Source: Nitrosopumilus sp.
GTDB lineage: Archaea > Thermoproteota > Nitrososphaeria > Nitrososphaerales > Nitrosopumilaceae
Assembly (NCBI GenBank): GCA_965206745.1
Contig: OZ242220.1
Span: forward strand, 1,632,001-1,696,000
Length of the DNA stretch: 64,000 bases
Reading direction: 5' to 3'
Part shown: piece after piece, positions 30,512-39,801 of the stretch
Layout: the number at the start of each line of letters is the position of its first letter
Numbering within the stretch: position 1 is the first letter of the stretch
Position numbers and translations under genes: made by a program
Notes under the pieces: model-generated
Database searches by the model: none
Told to the model about the DNA's origin: nothing
Seen by the model: only the letters and a program-made list of their open reading frames with translations

Positions 30512-31863
30512 CCAAACAAAAGATATTAAGAGATTTTCTGATTAATGCCGTAAAGGAATCCATTGATAAATTTGATGAAGCCGGTTTAAAAAAAACATTA
30601 AAGCAAAAAAATCTAAAACATTATGAATTTAAAAATGATTGTTTTAATAAAGAAATACCAATTAAAAAAAATGATTTTGAAGAATTTTTCTCAAGAAAAG
30701 AAGTTAAATCAAAATTGGAAAAACTTGATGATTTTGATGACATAGTGGGCATTGTTTCAGGATATTCCAATACGCAGATTTTTTTGAAAAGGAAACTAAC
30801 GGGAAAAAGATTAGTTTTTTCTTTTATGGAAAACTATACAAAAAATGTAGATGATTTTAAATTTGATAGAGAGGTATTTGAAAAGATTTTTAAAAGTTTC
30901 ATCAAATTTTTAGATTCAAAAATTTTACAAGTTCATTATTTTACTCCATTATTTCGTCTATCTTTTCCTTCTAGGCACAATGGAAAAGAATTAGATGAGA
31001 TTAAACTTGTAAAAATTAATGAAGAGCGTTTTAAAATTATCAAAGACAGTTTGGTTGGAGATAGGGCACCTCCCGGTTCACTTCGAAAATTAAGTTATGT
31101 ACTTGAAACAAGTGTGAATTTTGAAGATAATTCATCTGATGAGGATAAGGCTGCTCAAAAAAAATTTAACACATTTCTAAATGCTGCACATTTGTTTGGC
31201 AAGGGTGATTTGAAAATTGGTCCCATTTACAAAAACTATTCCCCTTGGATGTATAATTCATCAAAAATTTTGAATATGCATGAAATTGTACTTGGTCCAA
31301 ACATACTTCAACTGAATTCTTCCTCATATGATGAATTAAAAAGATTTCATCATGAATATTGTAATGTTGATTTTGACAAGGATTGGTCATTTGTTCAGGT
31401 AGCCATAGATAGATTTTCCTCAAGTATTTTGAGAAACGATCCAATTGATAAGATTGTAGATCTTAATGTTGCATTAGAATGCTTGTTCAGTTCCTCTGGT
31501 GAAACGTCATTAAAAATTTCTAATCGTTCTGCAATGATAGTTGGTCTTAATGAAAATGATAGAGAAAATTGTTGGAATTTTATTAAAAATACCTATCGAT
31601 TACGAAATGACATATTGCATGGAAGAAAAGGAAATGATATTGATATGACTAATGACGTTATAGAATTAGAAAAAATCATTCGAACATCCATAAGAAAATT
31701 TCTCAATATTTATAAAAACATATCAAAAAAAGAATTAAAATCACAAAGTAAGACTGGAGATCAAAATATTCGCGATTACATACTAAATGAATTAGATTTA
31801 GGATTGATTAATAGAACCAGATTGAAAACCTTTTCAGTGCAAACAACAGGTAATTTTGATTGA
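30508..31863 (+). CDS. ApeA-like HEPN protein (module gene 4, cluster 1)
   Basis: DKIVDLNVALECLF...TYRLRNDILHG (Rx4H). Confidence 0.82.
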   Translation: MTKQKILRDFLINAVKESIDKFDEAGLKKTLKQKNLKHYEFKNDCFNKEIPIKKNDFEEFFSRKEVKSKLEKLDDFDDIVGIVSGYSNTQIFLKRKLTGKRLVFSFMENYTKNVDDFKFDREVFEKIFKSFIKFLDSKILQVHYFTPLFRLSFPSRHNGKELDEIKLVKINEERFKIIKDSLVGDRAPPGSLRKLSYVLETSVNFEDNSSDEDKAAQKKFNTFLNAAHLFGKGDLKIGPIYKNYSPWMYNSSKILNMHEIVLGPNILQLNSSSYDELKRFHHEYCNVDFDKDWSFVQVAIDRFSSSILRNDPIDKIVDLNVALECLFSSSGETSLKISNRSAMIVGLNENDRENCWNFIKNTYRLRNDILHGRKGNDIDMTNDVIELEKIIRTSIRKFLNIYKNISKKELKSQSKTGDQNIRDYILNELDLGLINRTRLKTFSVQTTGNFD

Positions 31864-31876
31864 TATTGCCATCTCA

Positions 31877-33070
31877 TCAATCATTAAATTCATTTGAATG
31901 TTCTTTGGCAAATTCTTTTGCATTTCCTTGATTTTTTATCTGATCAATCATTTCCCAAGCCCATTGTTTTAAAATTCTACGACCTTTCTCATATTCCCAC
32001 CGTCTGAGAAATCTTACTGCATATGGATCCTTTGAAAATTTTACAATGAAATCATATTGTCGCCCTGTTCTGTCTGTAATTCCATTGAATTCAAATCTGC
32101 TTTTTTTAACTGGCCAATCCTTGAGAATTGCATCAATCTCATCATTCTTTTTGGTGGATGCATTGATTGGTTTACTATAATCATCCTTTGTTGCAAAAAA
32201 TTCTCTTCTTAATTCAAGTACATCCTTAAATTTTTGAGCAATATTCTTTGCCAATATGACTACTTTGATTGTATTGTTTTCATCCTGATCCCATTCGAAA
32301 TAATCAGTCGCATAAACTGCTATTTCTATTGCTAAAATGGGATCAGCAATTAATTTATCATTAATTACCAATTCTCTTAATTCAGTTGGGACTCGAGAAA
32401 GATTTCTAAAATCTCTTCGAACAATAGAAATATCAAGTTCTGCTTGTTGACAAAGTTCTTTCAGAGATCCAATTTCATCATATGCATAAATCATATCTTC
32501 CATTAGTTTCACATTGTGCTCAGAAATACTTGATTGCTTTTTATAATTTTTAATCAATATTTCACATTCATTTTCTATATTGTAATCCTCTTTAACATTA
32601 TTTTTTAAATCATTTATTCCCTCAAAAAATTTAAGATTGCCTTCATTCTCTTTAGATGATTCAATTGTATGATTAAATCCAAATAGTTTTTGCATTTTTT
32701 TAGATTCTTTTTCTACTTTTTCCCAATATGTAGAGTTTTTTGAATATGAATTTTTTTCTGTTTGATCAATTAACTTGCTTGTTTTATCGACATATTTTTT
32801 TGGATTATTTTGATATAATTTTTCCTTGTATTTGAGATTACGTGGATGTCTTCTTATCCTGAAATTACAACAATTGCAAAACCAACCACGATCATCAACA
32901 CCTGCTGGAGAGCCATCCTTGATATGACATCCATTATGATCGATCCATATATCACATGTCTGGCATCTGCCTTGTCCTGACTCATATCTTCCTGCTCCTG
33001 CGGGTTTTTTTACTTTGTACTTTTTGCATATTCCTTTGCAGGTTCGTTTTATTTCCACATTATCTGGCAT
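31877..33070 (-). CDS. Fusion of the Cys-rich Zn domain with a ParB-HTH-like domain
   Basis: N-terminus closely matches 3402-3674; SRVP...DPILAIEIAVYATDYFEW...KVVILA aligns with ARLP...NPKTAVQLGVEAADALAW...KVYDLA in 27680-28615. Confidence 0.75.
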   Translation of the reverse strand: MPDNVEIKRTCKGICKKYKVKKPAGAGRYESGQGRCQTCDIWIDHNGCHIKDGSPAGVDDRGWFCNCCNFRIRRHPRNLKYKEKLYQNNPKKYVDKTSKLIDQTEKNSYSKNSTYWEKVEKESKKMQKLFGFNHTIESSKENEGNLKFFEGINDLKNNVKEDYNIENECEILIKNYKKQSSISEHNVKLMEDMIYAYDEIGSLKELCQQAELDISIVRRDFRNLSRVPTELRELVINDKLIADPILAIEIAVYATDYFEWDQDENNTIKVVILAKNIAQKFKDVLELRREFFATKDDYSKPINASTKKNDEIDAILKDWPVKKSRFEFNGITDRTGRQYDFIVKFSKDPYAVRFLRRWEYEKGRRILKQWAWEMIDQIKNQGNAKEFAKEHSNEFND

Positions 33071-33139
33071 CCTTTATGCTATATGAAAATCACGTAATGA
33101 TTCAATAACTCTATAAATCCCACAGTTCTAGCCTGTATC

Positions 33140-33307
33140 ATGAGAGATACGATAGGTGGCAGACCGTATGATGTCAAAAAAGACGGCTCCAAACATGTCA
33201 TCAGTTTTTATCCGCAGACAGCAAATGCAAAGAATCCAGATGCTGTGCTATTCAGACTGACTCTGACTAAAGAAGAGATAAAGAAACTAGCAAAGATTGC
33301 AGGCTAG
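33140..33307 (+). CDS. 55-aa microprotein, paralog 1 (below the ORF-track cutoff)
   Basis: Hand translation MRDTIGGRPYDVKKDGSKHVISFYPQTANAKNPDAVLFRLTLTKEEIKKLAKIAG. Confidence 0.75.
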   Translation: MRDTIGGRPYDVKKDGSKHVISFYPQTANAKNPDAVLFRLTLTKEEIKKLAKIAG

Positions 33308-33464
33308 GCCAATACAGGTTTAACATGTAATGCTTCTATGCTATTGTTTTTTATCACAAAAAAATGTATAGATCCATCAGAATCATATATTGCTCTGACT
33401 ATGTTGTTTTATAAAAATTCAATTTGATCAGAGAACCCAATTTCTTTTCTAATTGTCTTCTATA

Positions 33465-33935
33465 ATTCATAAGATAATTGTAAGAATATTCTCTCATGTA
33501 TCATTGGCACAGACAATCTCATGTGAATTCTGTGACTAAAAGTAAATTTGTCAATATCTCATCAAATCCAGATCATATAACAGAATCATTTTCCGTATTA
33601 TTTATAACAGAAATAACACTTGCAGTATTTGAGCAGATATGACTAAAGAAAAACCAATTATCCTTCTAGACGTAATGTTTGAGAATCTACAAGAACTTTT
33701 AGTAGATAAAGGATGGGAGGTAGAAACAGTATCAAAAACACTTGGAGTTACTCAAGAAAAGAGAGACGACACAAAAATTCTAGACTATGCAGAAAAAAAA
33801 GGTTGTGTCGTCATTACTGAGGATAAGCAATTCATCAAACGACTACAAGCAAAAGAAATGAATGTTTTTACCGTTAATGATATTGACAAGGCCAAGACTA
33901 TCGATGAAAAATTAAAGAAAGAATTTAGCTATTAA
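33465..33935 (+). repeat. ~470-bp direct repeat (PIN gene plus upstream region); second copy at about 46575-47066
   Basis: cagacaatctcatgtgaattctgt...tttataacagaaataacacttgcagtattt..atatgactaaagaaaaacc shared by both copies. Confidence 0.9.
33639..33935 (+). CDS. PIN-domain protein (DUF5615/Mut7-C-like), copy 1
   Basis: IILLDVM...GWEVETV...DDTKILDYAEKKGCVVITEDKQF. Confidence 0.8.
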   Translation: MTKEKPIILLDVMFENLQELLVDKGWEVETVSKTLGVTQEKRDDTKILDYAEKKGCVVITEDKQFIKRLQAKEMNVFTVNDIDKAKTIDEKLKKEFSY

Positions 33936-34334
33936 AACCAAAAAAGAAAGATTTCATATAATCAGCAAGTTACTCATGAGGGTTCTGTCATGGTATCAAG
34001 ATTAGAATTGAATAAAACTAGATAGATTTCCAACTATTGACAAATTTATGTAATGATGAAAAGTTGGAATGATGAATTAGTTTTTATTCCAGATACAACA
34101 AAATAATACATGACATCTAAGACAATTTTAACACCTGCACAGATGTATCAATTTTTGAGAATCAAACGAATGGGCAGTAGAAATATTTTTTGTTAAAAAC
34201 AAAATTATGAGATCATTTCAGGCCAACAGCTATCTTTTCTATCCAATAGTAAGATAAACTGGAAGATCCAGGTCTCAATAACACAAAGATCCCAATTTTG
34301 AAAACTCTATAAACCACATTTAATACACAAAATC

Positions 34335-34502
34335 ATGGTAAAAACCGAAATTGGAGGTAGGCCTGTAGATATTACAAAGGAAGATGGCAAGATCAAGGTT
34401 GTTTTTCACCCCCTTGCAAAGGGAGCAAAACATCCGGATGCTGCAGTCTTTTCAGTAAAACTATCAAAGACCGACTTAGATACATTCAAGAAGGCTTTCT
34501 GA
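34335..34502 (+). CDS. 55-aa microprotein, paralog 2, just upstream of dndB2
   Basis: Hand translation MVKTEIGGRPVDITKEDGKIKVVFHPLAKGAKHPDAAVFSVKLSKTDLDTFKKAF. Confidence 0.75.
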   Translation: MVKTEIGGRPVDITKEDGKIKVVFHPLAKGAKHPDAAVFSVKLSKTDLDTFKKAF

Positions 34503-34508
34503 TTATAT

Positions 34509-34557
34509 ACTTCCCTTGGGTAATTGTGAACTTCCAAAAACATTTATCAGACTTCCA
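34509..34557 (+). promoter_or_regulatory. Three ACTTCC direct repeats at an exact 21-bp period upstream of dndB2 (candidate operator)
   Basis: acttcc begins at 34509, 34530 and 34551. Confidence 0.55.
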
Positions 34558-34588
34558 TTATTATTAGGCCTGTCTAAAATGCGGACAG

Positions 34589-35677
34589 ATGGACAGTCAG
34601 TCAGTCGGTAGTGATGTGTATGGATTTGATGCAATTCGAGGAATTCAGGCTGGACATGAATTTTACGTTGCAATGTGTCCTCTGAAGATCATTCCAAAAA
34701 TATTCATCTTTGACGATTACGATCTTCCTCCGGAATTAAGGGCACAGCGAACTCTTAGAAAAGCTAGAATTCCTGTAATTAAAAACTATATTTTGAATAA
34801 TCCCAAAGATTACATTTTTTCTTCATTGGCTTCATCAGTTGACGGTAAAATGAAATTCACACCGGCTCCATCTCTTGGAGATGATGGAAAACTAGGACGC
34901 CTCTACATAAACATGGATTCTAGATTTCTGATAAATGATGGGCAGCATAGAAGAAAAGCAATTGAGGAGGCACTAAAAGAAAAACCAGAACTTGGACATG
35001 AGATGATCTCAGTCGTATTTTTCCGTGATGATGGATTAAAGCGCAGTCAGCAGATATTCTCTGATCTGAATAAAAATGTAATCAAGCCCACAAAATCATT
35101 AAACATTCTATATGATCATCGGGATGATTTTTCAAAGTTCATTGTAAATCTTATAAATGATGTGGATGCATTCCAAGGAAGAGTTGAATTGGAAAAGACT
35201 ACAATCTCAAACCGCTCAACCAAAGTATTTACTCTAAATGGAATTGCAGATGCATCAATGCGTCTGCTTGGATTAACCAAAGGGCAAAAATTATCCAAGG
35301 ATGAAAAGACTCTACTCAAAGAATTTTGGGAAACCGTATCCAAGAATATGCCTGAATGGCAGATGATCCTGCAAGATAATGCATCTCTTGTAGAACTACG
35401 CAAATATTTTGTCAATACAAACACCAACCTGCTTAATGCACTTGGAATTGCAGGAAAGATAATTATCGATGATTCTCCAGAAACTTGGAAAGAAAAATTA
35501 AAGAACCTCAAAAAGATAGATTGGTCTAGGGAGAATCCAGAATGGGATGGAAGACTCATACGTAGTGGCCAAATGATAAAGCTTGCAATAGGGATTGATC
35601 TGGCAGCCAATGTTATTATAAAAAAATGCGGAGTCAAACTTGATAAAACAAGACAAAAGATAGAGGCAAAGCTATGA
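34589..35677 (+). CDS. dndB: DndB, cluster 2
   Basis: FDAIRGIQAG, RAQRTL, INDGQHR, SQQIFSDLNK. Confidence 0.94.
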   Translation: MDSQSVGSDVYGFDAIRGIQAGHEFYVAMCPLKIIPKIFIFDDYDLPPELRAQRTLRKARIPVIKNYILNNPKDYIFSSLASSVDGKMKFTPAPSLGDDGKLGRLYINMDSRFLINDGQHRRKAIEEALKEKPELGHEMISVVFFRDDGLKRSQQIFSDLNKNVIKPTKSLNILYDHRDDFSKFIVNLINDVDAFQGRVELEKTTISNRSTKVFTLNGIADASMRLLGLTKGQKLSKDEKTLLKEFWETVSKNMPEWQMILQDNASLVELRKYFVNTNTNLLNALGIAGKIIIDDSPETWKEKLKNLKKIDWSRENPEWDGRLIRSGQMIKLAIGIDLAANVIIKKCGVKLDKTRQKIEAKL

Positions 35678-37146
35678 GTGAATCAATCTTAGAAAAAAGG
35701 ACATTTGCAGATATTTTTAAGGAAATCAGAAATACGTACCTAAATGATGACAGACCTTGGATAATCGGATTCAGCGGGGGAAAGGACTCGACATGCTTGG
35801 TACAGCTAGTCTGGAAGGCCCTCTCTGAACTGCCTCAAGAAAAGTTGCAAAAGGAGATCCATGTAATTTCTTCAGATACGCTGGTTGAAGCGCCCCAAAT
35901 TGCCGAGAGAATTACGGGCAGTTTGGAGAGAATGGAAAAATGTGCCAAAAAAATCAACCTTCCACTTGGAACAAACCTGCTAAGACCTCCAATAACGGAC
36001 ACATTCTGGGTTCGATTGCTAGGCATGGGCTATCCTGCACCTACAACGATGTTCAGATGGTGTACTGACATGCTAAAAATTTCAAACGCTGATCGTTTCA
36101 TCAAGGATACCGTCTCCAAGCACGGCGAGGCCATAGTTCTACTGGGTATGAGAAAAAGCGAGAGTTCTGTGCGGGATCAGGTCATGAACATGTACAAAAT
36201 TGAGAACAGCGTACTCTCAAGGCATTCCAAATTTGATCAGACCTATGTGTATACCCCCATTGAAGATTTTTCGACAGAGGATGTCTGGAATTATCTGCTG
36301 ACAAACAAAAATCCCTGGGGTGATGAGAATCGCAACTTGCTTGCAATGTATCAGGATGCAAATGCCAGGGAATGTCCTCTAGTAATTGACACCACAACTC
36401 CTTCTTGTGGCGGTGGACGTTTTGGTTGCTGGACATGCACTGTGGTAGACAAGCAGAGTTATCTTACAAATTTGATTGAAAGTGATGAAAAAAATGAATG
36501 GATGGAGGTATTAGCAGAACTAAGACAGAAACTAAAGGATACCCAGGATTCTAGCGTCTGGGAAATATACAGGGAGAAAAAGAGACGCAATGGCAATGTT
36601 GATCTAAAAAATCACGGTGAAGGATACACGCCAGGTCCATACAAAATGGAATTTCGAATACAATATCTAAAGGATCTGCTCGAAGGGCAAATAAAGATAC
36701 AGAAACTCAAAAATGATCCAGAGATGGAATTGATTTTAGAAGATGAGATTCACGAGATACAAAGAATCTGGAGGATGGAGCAGGGAGACTGGAAGAATAC
36801 AGCATATGCAATATATGCAGAAATAACTGGAAGAAACATAAACAGCGTTCAAAACGAGTTGGGAGACTTTGGCGATGCAGAACAGAATCTACTTGAAGAG
36901 ACATGCTCTACACATAACGTTCCCTTCAAACTGGTAAGCAGTCTTCTTAATTTGGAACTAAAGTCCCAGAGTGCAAACAGGCATGCAAAAATCTTTGACA
37001 AGATAAAGAACGAGTTATCCAAAGAATGGAGAGATGTAGAGGATACAAAAGAGTTTGAAAAAATTATAGTTGAACTGCAAAAGAAAAAGGACATTCGGGA
37101 CAAAATAAAGACATTGGCAGAATCAGATATCAAAAAAACACAGTGA
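35674..37146 (+). CDS. dndC: DndC, cluster 2
   Basis: FSGGKDS, FRWCTDMLKI, ECPLVID...SCGGGRFGCWTCTVV. Confidence 0.96.
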   Translation: MSESILEKRTFADIFKEIRNTYLNDDRPWIIGFSGGKDSTCLVQLVWKALSELPQEKLQKEIHVISSDTLVEAPQIAERITGSLERMEKCAKKINLPLGTNLLRPPITDTFWVRLLGMGYPAPTTMFRWCTDMLKISNADRFIKDTVSKHGEAIVLLGMRKSESSVRDQVMNMYKIENSVLSRHSKFDQTYVYTPIEDFSTEDVWNYLLTNKNPWGDENRNLLAMYQDANARECPLVIDTTTPSCGGGRFGCWTCTVVDKQSYLTNLIESDEKNEWMEVLAELRQKLKDTQDSSVWEIYREKKRRNGNVDLKNHGEGYTPGPYKMEFRIQYLKDLLEGQIKIQKLKNDPEMELILEDEIHEIQRIWRMEQGDWKNTAYAIYAEITGRNINSVQNELGDFGDAEQNLLEETCSTHNVPFKLVSSLLNLELKSQSANRHAKIFDKIKNELSKEWRDVEDTKEFEKIIVELQKKKDIRDKIKTLAESDIKKTQ

Positions 37147-39440
37147 AGATCATGATAATAGATAAAATCATCATAACTAATTTTGGAGTATATGGAGGGA
37201 CAAATCAATTTGATTTTACTACGAGCCCTCGAAAAACTATAGTTTTATGTGGCGGGATAAACGGAGCTGGAAAAACCACCCTCTTTGAATCAATCATGCT
37301 GTGCTTTTATGGCAAAGACTATGATGATGTTGGTTTAGGGAAAAGATACAATCAAAAGATCCTACGCTCATTTCACAAGAATCTGAAGACAAATTTTGTC
37401 TCTACTGACTCATCAATTTTAATAATATTTCAGACTGCATTTGATGGCAAAGTTAAAAAATACAAAATAGTTAGAACATGGAAAAACAATGACGGTAAAA
37501 TTAATGAGAGTTTATCCGTCCAAAAATATGATCCTCAACTAGCAAAGTTTAGAGACCTAAACATGTCAATTCCCACAAAGAGAAACAGGCACACTGATGC
37601 TAAACTTGCGGAGAGAGACTCTATTGAAAAATCAGAATGGCAGCAATTCATCAACGAATTGATTCCAAGAGGCATTGCAAAGCTATTCTTTTTTGATGGC
37701 GAACAAATTCAAAATATTGCAGAAGATGACAATGAAAACAAATACATCCAATCCTCATTTGATACTCTACTTGGGTTGGATCATGTAAAGCAGCTACAAA
37801 AAGATATTGGATTTGTACTGTACAGAGAGACAAAGAAGAAGAACACCAACGAGAAACAAACTGAGGCAAACTATGATACCATGACTCCAGACAAACTAAA
37901 GCGTGAAATGCTAAAAAAAGAACTAGTGGAATTTGTCGAACTGCGCAACAATTACAAGCAATATAAAAAAAATTACGACAAACCGATGCATTTGGAAAAT
38001 TTTGAATATATGCTAAGATTTGTCACAAGTGATATGCGTGAAAAAGAATTTACTGGAAATGAACTACAATCATTGCTCTTCATACAAGAGATATTAGAAG
38101 AGAAGATTCAAGGGATGGGTATTGAACTCCAAGAATGCAATGAATTGATAGAATCAAGTCACAAAGAATTCCTCTTGGCAACAGAGAGATTCCAAAAGAT
38201 TGGTGGAAGTTATTATGAGAAAGATAAAGAGCTAGGAAAAAATCAAGAAGAGACAACATCAAAGATTGCAGTCACTGAAAAAGAGATCCGTGACTTGTGC
38301 TCTGCAGAGTTGCCATTTAGTCTGATTCCAGAGCAGCTCAAAGAGATAAAAGAGCAGATCGAATCTGACAAGGATGTCATTCGACTAAACTATGAAATGG
38401 AGATCCTTGAGAAGAACACTAAAAAGATCTCCCTTGCATTAAATTCCAAGTCATTTCTGTCAGATATTCCAACTAATACAAAACAGATGATCAACACAGA
38501 ACTGACCAAGCTGTTAAGTGAGGATTTGGAGAAAAAGCCCACACCAGATACCTTCTTTAGCCTGTCCCCATCAGATACGGAGAGATTCCTGCGTATCATT
38601 GAGGATTCCCAAGATGCCACCATTGAGAAGATCGAGAAATTGACCGTATCCTATGGAATTCAAAAGAGAGCTTTGGAGAAATTCGATGTAATAGGTAAAA
38701 TCAAGCCTGAGATAGATGAAATAAGATCAATAATGTCTGAAAGAGATCTACTTCGGGACAAAGAGCATGACTTGAAGGATCGATGTGATAAAATTGAATT
38801 TGATTTGTCACAAGCCCGAACAAGGATTAAAATGCTAAATGCAAAGATTCGAATCAGTCTAGAACGACAAACAACCTCTGAAAAATTATCCTCCAGTGAG
38901 TCAACTGCCAGTTCTGTGCTAAATGTCTTAAAAGCATACTCTGACTCACTACGGACAGAAAAAATATCTCTCTTGGAGGATAATATATTGAAGGGTCTTG
39001 ATATTTTACTGCACAAAAAGGATTTCATCAAAAAGGTGACAGTTAACAAGGAGACTTTTGTAGTCACACTGTATGACAAACATAAGAACAAGATAACAAA
39101 AGATCGAATGTCCAAAGGTGAGCTTCAGATTTATGCAATTGCACTTGTCTGGGGATTAGCAAAGACCTCTAGAAGGCCTCTACCATTTATGATTGACACC
39201 CCTCTTGCAAGACTGGATGTGGAACACAGGGAAAGTCTTATCGAGTCATTCTTCCCTAGAACATCCCAGCAGACAATAATACTATCCACTAACTCTGAAA
39301 TTGGTCCTGCGTATTACAAGAAACTAAAGCCATACATTTCAAAAGCATATACGATAAAGTTTGATTCTGATAAAGGGGCAACAAGCATCAAGAAAAACTA
39401 TTTTGATAATAAGGAGAAGATAGCAGTTGAAAGCCACTAA
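37143..39440 (+). CDS. dndD: DndD, cluster 2 (about 110 aa longer than DndD1)
   Basis: GGINGAGKTT, LFFFDGEQI, MSKGELQ, PFMIDTPLARLD, ILSTNSEI. Confidence 0.95.
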   Translation: MKIMIIDKIIITNFGVYGGTNQFDFTTSPRKTIVLCGGINGAGKTTLFESIMLCFYGKDYDDVGLGKRYNQKILRSFHKNLKTNFVSTDSSILIIFQTAFDGKVKKYKIVRTWKNNDGKINESLSVQKYDPQLAKFRDLNMSIPTKRNRHTDAKLAERDSIEKSEWQQFINELIPRGIAKLFFFDGEQIQNIAEDDNENKYIQSSFDTLLGLDHVKQLQKDIGFVLYRETKKKNTNEKQTEANYDTMTPDKLKREMLKKELVEFVELRNNYKQYKKNYDKPMHLENFEYMLRFVTSDMREKEFTGNELQSLLFIQEILEEKIQGMGIELQECNELIESSHKEFLLATERFQKIGGSYYEKDKELGKNQEETTSKIAVTEKEIRDLCSAELPFSLIPEQLKEIKEQIESDKDVIRLNYEMEILEKNTKKISLALNSKSFLSDIPTNTKQMINTELTKLLSEDLEKKPTPDTFFSLSPSDTERFLRIIEDSQDATIEKIEKLTVSYGIQKRALEKFDVIGKIKPEIDEIRSIMSERDLLRDKEHDLKDRCDKIEFDLSQARTRIKMLNAKIRISLERQTTSEKLSSSESTASSVLNVLKAYSDSLRTEKISLLEDNILKGLDILLHKKDFIKKVTVNKETFVVTLYDKHKNKITKDRMSKGELQIYAIALVWGLAKTSRRPLPFMIDTPLARLDVEHRESLIESFFPRTSQQTIILSTNSEIGPAYYKKLKPYISKAYTIKFDSDKGATSIKKNYFDNKEKIAVESH

Positions 39441-39801
39441 AATAAAGCTCAGTGCCAAGAGCCAGAACCTCTTAGGCAGATTAAAATCCAAAACTGGTCT
39501 GACTCCGAATTTCCTTGCAAGGTTTGCATTCTGTCTATCACTCAAAGAGAGATCATCTCCGAATCCCGATGAATATGACAAAGATGGCTCGGAGATTGAA
39601 ACTAGTATTTTGTTTGGAGAGTATGAGCCACTCTATCTTGGTCTGATGAGAAACAGACTGAAAAAAGACGGAAAGAGTGTTGAAACTGATTTGAATGAGA
39701 TGGCTCGCTGCCATATCAATCGCGGAGTCATTGCACTTGCTCCAAGAATCCAGAGTTTGGAGAGTTTTTACGAATTAATCAGGGAAGAGCGAAATGTCTG
39801 A
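39427..39801 (+). CDS. dndE: DndE, cluster 2
   Basis: LGRLKSKTGLTPNFLARFAFCLSL...RCHINRG. Confidence 0.92.
   Translation: MKATKIKLSAKSQNLLGRLKSKTGLTPNFLARFAFCLSLKERSSPNPDEYDKDGSEIETSILFGEYEPLYLGLMRNRLKKDGKSVETDLNEMARCHINRGVIALAPRIQSLESFYELIREERNV

Noticed and set aside
25106-31863. Calling the downstream genes pbeABCD or dndFGH
   Set aside because: No PLD-helicase, AAA ATPase or DndH-like large ATPase motifs; the domain content is different
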